DNA from: a bacterium
Lineage (GTDB): Bacteria > Patescibacteriota > Minisyncoccia > Phycocordibacterales > UBA2100
DNA: 64,000 nt
Direction of reading: 5' to 3'
Assembly: GCA_030647655.1 (NCBI GenBank)
Contig: JAUSJH010000009.1
Coordinates: forward strand, 18,196-82,195
The position numbers were made by a program, and so were the translations under genes. The notes under the pieces are model-generated. The model ran no database searches. It worked only from the letters and a program-made list of their open reading frames with translations, and was not told where the DNA came from. Each line of letters begins with the position of its first letter. The stretch's first letter is position 1. Below are positions 1-7,752 of the stretch, one piece after another.

Positions 1-341
1 ATCGCCTTCTGCAGGGTTTTGTCGTCGGTGAACTTTTTGTGTTCCCGTATTTTCTTCAGCAATTCTATCTTCACGTTCCATCCGTACAAATCCTTGGAAA
101 AATCAAGTATGTGCGCTTCTAATACCTTTCTTTTCTGGTCGGCGTATGCGGCAGCTTCGTATTCCTCTTCCCTAAACCCTTCGGGTCGGGCGTCCGGCTC
201 CGCCGGATTAGCCCCCACTTTCACTTTCGCCGCATAAATCCCCGACACCGACGCATCGTCCAATGGAATATTAATCGTTGAAAATCCGAGCTCCGCCGCT
301 CGCTGTGTTCCTTTTCTAACAATGCCGGTGTAAGAGGTCAT
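1..341 (-). CDS. Monofunctional riboflavin kinase (3' end runs off the window)
   Basis: Manual translation from ATG at 341: MTSYTGIVRKGTQRAAELGFSTINIP...SGIYAA...LEAHILDFSKDLYG...KKIREHKKF. This matches the flavokinase GFPTAN, GVY and EAHxLDFxxDLYG motifs. Not in the ORF track. Confidence 0.8.
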   Translation of the reverse strand, partial: MTSYTGIVRKGTQRAAELGFSTINIPLDDASVSGIYAAKVKVGANPAEPDARPEGFREEEYEAAAYADQKRKVLEAHILDFSKDLYGWNVKIELLKKIREHKKFTDDKTLQKA

Positions 342-343
342 AT

Positions 344-428
344 CGGAGGGGGTGAGATTCGAACTCACGACATCTTGCGATGTGACGGTTTTCAGGACCG
401 TTGCTTTAGACCGCTCAGCCACCCCTCC
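344..428 (-). tRNA. tRNA-Ser(TGA)
   Basis: Reverse complement folds as a cloverleaf: acceptor GGAGGGG/CCCCTCC, anticodon arm ACGGT-CCTGAAA-ACCGT, long variable arm, TTCGAAT T-loop, G discriminator. CCA not encoded. Confidence 0.9.
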
Positions 429-489
429 GGCATCGTTGTACCATGCTGAACGATTCCATGCATGCACAGAATGCTAGAATGGTTTTATC

Positions 490-960
490 ATGCCCCCACA
501 GAGGATCGTACTTCGCTGGAGCGCCTATGAACACGAGCACGTGCCGCGCGGAAGCGATTGGTTCTGGGCACTTGGTATCGTCGCGGTATCCGCGGCGCTT
601 ACGAGCATTCTTTTTCACGACGTTCTCTTTGCCATTCTCATACTCATTGCGGCTGGAATACTCGGGATGCTCGCCAACGTGCCGCCGGATTTGGTGCGGT
701 TCGAGGTTTCGGACCGCGGCATACGCACGGGCGACACCATGCACCGTTTTGAAGAGATAATCTCGTTCTGGGTGGAGGACGAGGATGGTGACCGGCCACT
801 GCTTCTCGTGGACACTACGAAATTCATGGCGCCGAATCTCATCATTCCTCTCGAGAACATAGATCCACACGTGGTACGCGTCTTCCTTCGAGAGCATGCG
901 GAAGAAATCCCGATGAAAGAACCGGTCGCTCACAAGATACTTGAATTTTTCGGACTCTAG
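490..960 (+). CDS. Conserved CPR membrane protein (DUF5673-like)
   Basis: W-x-A-x-E..H..R..DWFW motif, two TM helices, then a small soluble domain. Confidence 0.6.
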   Translation: MPPQRIVLRWSAYEHEHVPRGSDWFWALGIVAVSAALTSILFHDVLFAILILIAAGILGMLANVPPDLVRFEVSDRGIRTGDTMHRFEEIISFWVEDEDGDRPLLLVDTTKFMAPNLIIPLENIDPHVVRVFLREHAEEIPMKEPVAHKILEFFGL

Positions 961-967
961 ACTCTAA

Positions 968-2959
968 CTACTGAGCGATACGCACAGTCGTCGTCGCGTC
1001 TTTTGTCCCGCCGGGGATTGTCTCGCAGTGGAGGAGGAACCGCGTGTCGGCTGTGATGGGAGAGGTCGTCGCCGTACCATTTACACTCGTGTTGGAAGAA
1101 TTACGCGCTGTGAAGTCAGGCTGGTCGGGGCTCGAGATGACGCAGGTTTGCATGCCGCTCGTAGTCCAGCCGATGAGTGATGTGCTGTTTTGCTGTACGC
1201 TACGCGGGTTTGCGACGAGGACAATACTCGGCCTGTTTACCTGCACGGAGCATTGCGCGCCGGCTGTGCGGTCTGGTCTACCTTGTCCTGGGGGAGCCTT
1301 TTCTGTGCACGTAAGCATGTAGGTCGCGGTGTTGGTGCCGGAAGGAGGATTTGCAACGGTCGTCGTTGCAGAGCCCGCGGGCTGGGTCGTCACCTTGAAA
1401 GACTTGCTGGAAGCGATGCCAGACGAACACGAGTAGGCAATGGCGATGGTCATGCCGACATCTGCGACCTTCGGCTGGCAGGATATCTCCGCTTTGAGCG
1501 TGGTGGAATTGTTCGGGACACATTGCCAGCCTACGATGCACGGACCGTTGTAGGTAGGTCGCCAAGAACCTACAGAACAATTCTCGGGATTTGGTGGTGG
1601 AGGTTGTGATTGGCACTGGCCTCCTGTAGAAGGCGTGCAGGGCACGGGCTGCGCGGGGGGCGGCATCATGGGGCTTTGCATACTATTGCCGCCCGTCTGC
1701 TGCATTTGCTGAACCTGTTGTTGGTACTGGTAGAGCTGGAGCTGGTAGTTATATTGCTGCATCTGCTGTTGGAATTGCTGTTGTTGTTGCTGATATTGAG
1801 CGGGGTCAGTAGGACAGGCTTGGGGAGGCATAGATGGCGGAGGAGGAGGGGTCGGGCGGAATGCATTCATAAGCCCGCTCAAGAAAGAAGCTAGTGGATT
1901 CGAACCGCCCGATTGAGAGCTCCGATTTCCGTCATTGAAGCCCGTGGTGTTACCGCCGCCGTACTTTGCATTATTTTCTGCCATCCGCCGCTGATATTCC
2001 GCATCAGCCCTCGCCTTAGCAGCAGCTTCAGCAGCCGCTTTTTTCGCCGCGTCGTCAGCTGACGGAGTAAGAGTCTTCCCATCTCCTAAGCCGGGATTAA
2101 GTTTGAGTGCGTCAGCCGTAACTTCTTTTGACGCCTTTGCGGCGTCTGAGTTAGGGTTCTCATCAGCGTATTTTCTTATTTGATCAATTGCCGGCTCTGG
2201 CAGACTGCCGTCAGGACTCAACTTAAAATCCGATGTGTCGGTTAGTTGTCTCCCTAACATGATGTTCAAATCAGATAGTGAAGTGCTGGGGATAGAACTT
2301 GATATCTTGGCCGTTCCTCCGCTACGCGCCAATAATTGGAAGTTCGAATTTTGATCTAATGAACTTTGCAAAGCTTTCGCTGCCAAATCATAATTTATGC
2401 CCTGCATTGTGGTAGCAGGAGCGCAGTCTACTGTGTCAGGGGCAATGCCTAATTTCTTGGACAGATTGCTACCTGGAGTGCTTTTGCAAACGATGGTCTT
2501 GCACAAGCCGGGTTTCATATTAGGGTCCGGTGCACCTTTAATGTTGATTGTGTTGTTGGTCAACAAACTCACGAAGACAGATTTTCCAACACATTTGAAT
2601 GGGGGGTTCTTCCCCGAATCCGGCGCTGCAGCAACGCAATCGTCCGTCGCTTTTTCTCCAGGCTTTGGGGGTGGTGTTTTTGTCTTTGCTTGCTTTATAG
2701 CAGCGTCACACTTTTGCGCAAGCGAATCGGCAGCTGCTTTCTGTGCTTTCTCCACATCAGTTAGCTGGGGAGCGGCGGCAGGTCGAGGCGGCGGAAGCGG
2801 GATTGCGGTAGCGGCAGGTGCCGCCAAAAGTGCTTGGTTATTCAATGCCACGTTCGCGGATTCAAATGCAATCGCGAATCCCCCGAGCACCACGGCGAGA
2901 ACGAATGCGGCAAGAATCGAAGCCCCGCGTGTGGAAATTCGCCGCTTGGGAGCTGTCAT
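968..2959 (-). CDS. Secreted/membrane-anchored protein: Cys-rich head, Pro/Gln linker, conserved beta-rich C-terminal module (paralog A)
   Basis: Start placed at MTAPKRR (basic residues then a hydrophobic helix). Poly-Q/poly-P linker. C-terminal ~300 aa near-identical to 3421..5664. Confidence 0.8.
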   Translation of the reverse strand: MTAPKRRISTRGASILAAFVLAVVLGGFAIAFESANVALNNQALLAAPAATAIPLPPPRPAAAPQLTDVEKAQKAAADSLAQKCDAAIKQAKTKTPPPKPGEKATDDCVAAAPDSGKNPPFKCVGKSVFVSLLTNNTINIKGAPDPNMKPGLCKTIVCKSTPGSNLSKKLGIAPDTVDCAPATTMQGINYDLAAKALQSSLDQNSNFQLLARSGGTAKISSSIPSTSLSDLNIMLGRQLTDTSDFKLSPDGSLPEPAIDQIRKYADENPNSDAAKASKEVTADALKLNPGLGDGKTLTPSADDAAKKAAAEAAAKARADAEYQRRMAENNAKYGGGNTTGFNDGNRSSQSGGSNPLASFLSGLMNAFRPTPPPPPSMPPQACPTDPAQYQQQQQQFQQQMQQYNYQLQLYQYQQQVQQMQQTGGNSMQSPMMPPPAQPVPCTPSTGGQCQSQPPPPNPENCSVGSWRPTYNGPCIVGWQCVPNNSTTLKAEISCQPKVADVGMTIAIAYSCSSGIASSKSFKVTTQPAGSATTTVANPPSGTNTATYMLTCTEKAPPGQGRPDRTAGAQCSVQVNRPSIVLVANPRSVQQNSTSLIGWTTSGMQTCVISSPDQPDFTARNSSNTSVNGTATTSPITADTRFLLHCETIPGGTKDATTTVRIAQ

Positions 2960-3050
2960 AGTGCAATCATGCGCCCCACATGCCCTGAACGCAATGCGCT
3001 TAGTCGAACAAATGTGGAAAAAAGCTAAAATATGATACATTTTCGGGAAC

Positions 3051-3122
3051 GCTCTCGTCGTTCAATGGATAGGATGCGACCTTGCGGAGGTTGTGATGTG
3101 GGTTCGATTCCCGCCGAGAGCA
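3051..3122 (+). tRNA. tRNA-Arg(GCG)
   Basis: GCTCTCG/CGAGAGC acceptor, CGACC-TTGCGGA-GGTTG anticodon arm, GTGGG-TTCGATT-CCCGC T arm. Confidence 0.92.
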
Positions 3123-3415
3123 AAAAGAGTGAGACGATTTTGATCGAGAGTGTAGTGCCTGCGCACTGCGCGTGCGGGAATCGAACCGCAGGCTCCCGAT
3201 TTTCAGGCTGAGTATTCGAAGCTTAGAAAATCGCAGTCCTTTAGGGCCGCAGCTCCCGAAGAGGGAGCGAAGGTCTCGAGTTGTAGCAACAACGAGAGGC
3301 GATTCCCGCCGAGAGCATAGTGAATAATCTGCACGAGTGGCGCGACAGCGACGCGAGAGGTGAGGGAGATTCCTGCTTGCCCGTCCGTAGCTTTAGCGAA
3401 GGAGGGCCGAGAGCA
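3105..3415. repeat. Repeats of the tRNA-Arg 3' end enclosing a structured element
   Basis: Exact 18-bp direct repeat CGATTCCCGCCGAGAGCA at 3105-3122 and 3300-3317. Inverted T-arm copy GCGGGAATCGAACC at 3174-3187. A third split copy at 3368-3376 + 3408-3415. Confidence 0.85.
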
Positions 3416-3420
3416 AAGAA

Positions 3421-5664
3421 CTACGGCGCAATCAGCACCGTCGTCGTTGCGTCTTTCGTCACCCCTGCGAGAGTCTCACATCGCAGAAGGAATCGCGCGT
3501 CGGCCGTGATGGGGCTGGAGGTCGCGGCACCGTTCACGCTCGTGTTGGAAGAGTTGCGCGCGGTGAAGTCGGCCTGATCGGGGCTCGAGATGACGCAGGT
3601 TTGCATGCCGCTTGTCATCCAGCCGATGAGCGAGGTCTCGCCCGAGTGCGCAGTCTTCGGATTCGCGACGAGAATGATGCTCGGCTTGTTTACCTGCACG
3701 GAACACTGCGCGCCGGCGGTCTGGCCTTTGTCCTTGCACGTGAGCATGTAGGTCGCGGTGTTGGTGCCTGCGGGAGGCGAAGCTACCTTCAAGGTCGCAG
3801 AGCCGGCAGGCTGTTTCCCGACCTTGAATGAGTCGCTCGAGGCGGTGCCCGAGGAGCATGAGTAGGAAATAGCGAGCGTCATCCCGACGTCGGCGATCTT
3901 GGGCTCGCAGGATAGTTCGGCTGTGAGTGGGGTGGATGTCGCTTTAGGATTAGGGTTGGGTACACATCGCCAGCCGGTAATGCAGTTGCCGTTGTAGGTC
4001 GGACGCCATGATCCGGTGGAGCAACTTGCTGGATTCGGGAACGGAGGCTGGGATTGGCACTGGGTCTGGGTGGAAGGAGTGCATGGTGTGGGTTGGGCGG
4101 GAAGTGGTGCGGGGATGCTACTGCCACCCGTGAGCTGTCGTAACTGCTGTTGGTACTGGGACATTTGGAGCTGGTAGTTGTACTGCTGAAGCTGCTGCTG
4201 GTACTGCTGTTGCTGTTGGGCATATGCGTTCGGATCGGTCGAGCAAGCTTGCGCGGGCATGGGAGGTGGCGGCTGTGGAGCACCAAGCGCCTTCATAAGA
4301 CCTTCAAGCAATCCCGCAAGCGGATTTCCACCACCTCCTCCACCACCCGGCGGTGGGCTTCCTCCTGGCGGGCCGCCCGGTGGTCCGCCCGGTGGCGGAG
4401 TTGGAGGTTTTACCGGCGGCACAACCGGCGGTTTGGCATCCGGCGACGTCTCGGGCTTCGGTGGCGGACTAGCCGATTGACCGGGACTTGGGGCTTTGTA
4501 TTCGGCACCTGTCGGCCCAACTTCTTTATTGACCACGGTCGTCGTGTCTTTCAACTCGCCTCGAACGCACGCCTCGCTCGCACATCCTGTCTTCGTCCAC
4601 TCGGAATCCTTTGTCATCACAAAGCCCGTTTCATCTCCCGGAGAAGTTCCGGCCCAATGCGCTGCCGCTTCGTCAGGTCGCGGTACGTTTTGGGGTGACG
4701 GATCATTTACAACGGTACCGGGTGCCGAATTTCCGGGCTCAAAAGTGTTATTCCCAGTCGGATACTCATTAACTTTGGCATTTGGATTAAACTGGCTCAC
4801 ATAACCTGTGCTTGGGTTCGGGTTGAAACTTCCGGGGTCGAGCTTCACTGCGTTGGCACTAAGATCGTTTGAGGTTAAAAATGGATTGGGTTGCTGTGGC
4901 GGAGGTTGATTCATTGCCGTCACCCGTTCATCGAAAGCTTTTTGTGTGTCTGCATACTTTTGTATTTCCGCTTGCGTGTCTACCCTTTGTTGCTTGAGTT
5001 CATTCAGATAGGTCTCGTCTGGTGGTGTGACTCCGGCGCCGGCATTATATATTTTTTGCTCGTTTTCCAACCTGGTAGCCTCTCTATTAAACTCTGCATT
5101 TGTTCGTTCCAGAGATGCTTTCCAGTCCTCTTGGCTGGGCGGTGTTCCTCCTGTGTAGCTTCCCCCGCCAGATAGTTTTGTAAGATCCGCAGAACATTTT
5201 CCTTCGATTTCCTTCGGACACGAATTATTATGCTTCGGGCCACCCTTGCAACAACCGCCCGGCAAGAGCCCCGCAGCACCGGTTGCCGCTTCAGTACACG
5301 ACAACTCACAGTCGCGATCTTTCGGACACTGTTCGGGACCTACAGCCTTCTCTTTGTGAGTGCATTTATCTGTTACACATTTACGCCAGTTTGACTCACA
5401 CATCTCCCTAAGCACGTCCGATGCTGCGGTTTTCAAGCACGACTCGTATGCTGTCTGGCACTGGCCGTCTGATGTCGAAGTGGGAGCGGAGGGCGCGCCC
5501 GATTGCGCCAACATAGCTTGCGGATTCGCGGCATATGAAGGTTGTAAGAAAAAAGAATCGGCGAGGGAGACAACACCGGTCGTGCCGGCCAGGATGGCGA
5601 TAAATATGAGGGGGGTGGCAAACGAAAGTTGGCGCTCTTGATGGAGCGATTCGAAAAAGCCCAT
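3421..5664 (-). CDS. Secreted/membrane-anchored protein: Cys-rich head, Pro/Gly/Gln linker, conserved C-terminal module (paralog B)
   Basis: 747 aa ORF with N-terminal TM/signal, a Cys-dense segment and a coiled coil. C-terminus shared with 968..2959. Confidence 0.82.
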   Translation of the reverse strand: MGFFESLHQERQLSFATPLIFIAILAGTTGVVSLADSFFLQPSYAANPQAMLAQSGAPSAPTSTSDGQCQTAYESCLKTAASDVLREMCESNWRKCVTDKCTHKEKAVGPEQCPKDRDCELSCTEAATGAAGLLPGGCCKGGPKHNNSCPKEIEGKCSADLTKLSGGGSYTGGTPPSQEDWKASLERTNAEFNREATRLENEQKIYNAGAGVTPPDETYLNELKQQRVDTQAEIQKYADTQKAFDERVTAMNQPPPQQPNPFLTSNDLSANAVKLDPGSFNPNPSTGYVSQFNPNAKVNEYPTGNNTFEPGNSAPGTVVNDPSPQNVPRPDEAAAHWAGTSPGDETGFVMTKDSEWTKTGCASEACVRGELKDTTTVVNKEVGPTGAEYKAPSPGQSASPPPKPETSPDAKPPVVPPVKPPTPPPGGPPGGPPGGSPPPGGGGGGGNPLAGLLEGLMKALGAPQPPPPMPAQACSTDPNAYAQQQQQYQQQLQQYNYQLQMSQYQQQLRQLTGGSSIPAPLPAQPTPCTPSTQTQCQSQPPFPNPASCSTGSWRPTYNGNCITGWRCVPNPNPKATSTPLTAELSCEPKIADVGMTLAISYSCSSGTASSDSFKVGKQPAGSATLKVASPPAGTNTATYMLTCKDKGQTAGAQCSVQVNKPSIILVANPKTAHSGETSLIGWMTSGMQTCVISSPDQADFTARNSSNTSVNGAATSSPITADARFLLRCETLAGVTKDATTTVLIAP

Positions 5665-5736
5665 GAGGGAATAATGGCGCGATTATGGTACATCTGCAAC
5701 AGTCGAAAGTGGAGAGGTTTATGCTATACTCGCGGC

Positions 5737-5952
5737 ATGGCAATCACGGTCTCAAAGGCGGAGGTGAAAAAAGGGGACGGTGTTGTTATTTTACCGCTCA
5801 AAGAATACCGGAGACTTTTGCAGCGCTCCGTGCCAGAATATTACCTTACCGGCAAAGCAGCCCGAGATTTGGACAAGCTCGTCGCACAGGGATTGCGCGA
5901 ACATCGAGAAGGAAAGACGCGCAAAATTCATTCGCTTGCAGACCTTGATTGA
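5737..5952 (+). CDS. Putative type II antitoxin (RelB/Phd-like partner)
   Basis: 71 aa with VILPLKEY and a C-terminal 'GLREHREGKTRKIHSLADL' typical of RelE-associated antitoxins. Directly upstream of a RelE-like gene. Confidence 0.7.
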   Translation: MAITVSKAEVKKGDGVVILPLKEYRRLLQRSVPEYYLTGKAARDLDKLVAQGLREHREGKTRKIHSLADLD

Positions 5953-5957
5953 CCGCT

Positions 5958-6224
5958 ATGGCCATGGTTTCGATCGAAACGGGTCGCCAATTCGAGAAAC
6001 ATTATAGAAAATTGCCGAAGGCACTCAAAGAAGCGGCAAAACAAAAAGAAATTATTTTTCGCGAGAACCCGCTTCATCCGAGCCTCGGTACGCACAAACT
6101 CCACGGCAAAGATGCGGGCGCGTGGGCATTCTCGATTAATCGTAAGCTCCGAATTAAGTTTGTGTTTCTTACCAACGACAGCGTCCTGTTTTTAGACATC
6201 GGTACGCACGACATGTATTCGTAA
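5958..6224 (+). CDS. RelE/ParE superfamily toxin (YafQ/HigB-like mRNA interferase)
   Basis: F.K.Y.KL...NP.HPSL.THKL.G.....FSIN...RI.F.......LDIGTHD.Y pattern. Confidence 0.85.
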   Translation: MAMVSIETGRQFEKHYRKLPKALKEAAKQKEIIFRENPLHPSLGTHKLHGKDAGAWAFSINRKLRIKFVFLTNDSVLFLDIGTHDMYS

Positions 6225-6249
6225 GCATTATTATGAAAGGGTACGGAGC

Positions 6250-6305
6250 GCTCGCGCCGCTTGAGATTTCATGCGCGCCGCTGTGTTCATTTTTATCGTG
6301 CCTTC
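6250..6305 (-). repeat. Orphan duplicate of the rpsT 3' end
   Basis: 52/56 nt identical to 6870-6925. Encodes EGTIKMNTAARMKSQAARA versus EGTIKKNTAARMKSQAARA in S20. Confidence 0.9.
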
Positions 6306-6354
6306 GGCGCAACGCGTCATTGTGTACATAAAATGTTTCTGATACCATGAGGCT

Positions 6355-6600
6355 ATGTTGAGCGAATATCTTGATAAAAAACTACGGGCGGCTCGATACA
6401 AATTCCTAAAAGACGGAACGTATTTTGCGGAGATTCCCGGAGCTCGGGGGGTGTGGGCAAGTGCACGCAACCTAGAGGCATGCCGAAAGGAGCTACGCGA
6501 AGTCTTGGAAGATTGGCTGTTGATTAAAGTGCAGAGCAAAGAAAAAGTCCCGGGCCTTTCTATCAAAGTGGATCGCCGGTCGCTCGTGAGGCATGGCTAG
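6355..6600 (+). CDS. hicB: HicB family antitoxin (short form)
   Basis: YFAEIPG..GVWA.A..LEACR.EL.EVLEDW motif. Confidence 0.85.
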   Translation: MLSEYLDKKLRAARYKFLKDGTYFAEIPGARGVWASARNLEACRKELREVLEDWLLIKVQSKEKVPGLSIKVDRRSLVRHG

Positions 6601-6805
6601 AAATATCTCCTGGCGGAAGCTTGTACAAAAATTTCGAAGACTCGGTTTTAATGGCCCCTATTCCGGAGGTCGCCATTTGTTCATGGTCCGTAGCACGCTC
6701 ACGGTTCGTATTCCAAACCCGCATCGCGGTGACATATCAGCTCATCTAGTCTCCGAGATATTGCGCCAAGCCGGAATCTCAAACGACGAGTGGAGCAACG
6801 CCTAG
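6593..6805 (+). CDS. hicA: HicA family toxin
   Basis: LGF.GP..GGRH.FM......IPNPH..DI....V..ILRQAGI. Overlaps hicB. Confidence 0.88.
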   Translation: MARNISWRKLVQKFRRLGFNGPYSGGRHLFMVRSTLTVRIPNPHRGDISAHLVSEILRQAGISNDEWSNA

Positions 6806-6847
6806 AGTCGTCTGGGGCCGAAACACGCTGTCTCGTTTTGTAAACTC

Positions 6848-7114
6848 CTACGCGCCGAGAGCGCGAAGTGCTCGCGCCGCTTGCGATTTCATGCGCGCGG
6901 CGGTGTTCTTTTTTATCGTGCCTTCTTTGGCCGCTTTATCTATCGCTTTGTAGAGTTTCGGCAGCATCGCAGTCGCCTCTTTTGCATTCTTGCCCAAAAC
7001 TAGCTTGCCCATGTCTTTTACCGCGTCTTTCATGTTCTTCTTGCGACGCGAATTGATGACGCGACGGCGCTGTGCCGCGCGCTGTGCCTTCTTTGCCGAA
7101 CTTGTGTTTGCCAT
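6848..7114 (-). CDS. rpsT: 30S ribosomal protein S20
   Basis: MANTSSAKKA.R.....R..N...K.....KAIDKAAK.G.IKKNTAARMKS. Confidence 0.96.
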   Translation of the reverse strand: MANTSSAKKAQRAAQRRRVINSRRKKNMKDAVKDMGKLVLGKNAKEATAMLPKLYKAIDKAAKEGTIKKNTAARMKSQAARALRALGA

Positions 7115-7169
7115 GTCGTGCGATGGTACACGAAGTGCTGTGGATATGCAATCGCGGTATGATACGGAG

Positions 7170-7742
7170 ATGATCGGTAACTTAAGCGGTACAGTCTTTG
7201 CGATAAGACCGGGCTTTGCAATAATCTCTGTGGGAGGTGTCGGGTACAAAGTGTTCGTCACACGCGAGATGCTTCTCACCCTGAAACCGAAAGAGGAGGC
7301 CGCGTTCTGGACACACCTTGCCGTACGAGAGAACGCGCTCGACCTCTACGGTTTTGGGGGCGAAGAAGAACTGCGACTTTTCGAGCTTCTCCTCACCGTT
7401 TCCGGCATCGGACCGAAATCCGCGCTCGCTATTCTGGATATCGCGTCCACCGAGACCCTGCGCAGTGCGATTTCGGGAGGGAATGCAACGTACCTCACCA
7501 AGGTCTCCGGCATCGGCAGGAAAACCGCCGAGAAAATCGTGCTTGAACTTAGAGACAAGGTAGGAGCATCGGCCGATGGAAGTGGCGCATCTCTCCACGG
7601 TGACGAAGAGGCGCTTGAGGCGCTCCGTTCGCTCGGATATTCGCAAGCGGAGGCGCGCGATGCCCTGCGCAAAGTGCCGCAAGAAATCGAAGGCGGAAGT
7701 GCGCGATTGCGCGAGGCCCTCAAAATAGTCGGGGGAAAGTAG
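7170..7742 (+). CDS. ruvA: Holliday junction branch migration protein RuvA
   Basis: MIG.L.G, VGGVGY, VRE....LYGF, SGIGPKSA, GIGRKTAEKIVLELRDK, AL.SLGY. Confidence 0.96.
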   Translation: MIGNLSGTVFAIRPGFAIISVGGVGYKVFVTREMLLTLKPKEEAAFWTHLAVRENALDLYGFGGEEELRLFELLLTVSGIGPKSALAILDIASTETLRSAISGGNATYLTKVSGIGRKTAEKIVLELRDKVGASADGSGASLHGDEEALEALRSLGYSQAEARDALRKVPQEIEGGSARLREALKIVGGK

Positions 7743-7752
7743 CGGATACGTT

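Noticed and set aside
1695-1800. CAG/CAA tracts here and at about 4140-4220 as contingency microsatellites
   Set aside because: Mixed codons encode a conserved Gln/Tyr peptide in frame; they are not pure slippage repeats.
6231-6566. 111-aa minus-strand ORF ending in an S20-like tail
   Set aside because: It is mostly antisense to hicB. Only the last ~24 codons are meaningful, and they are the duplicated rpsT end.
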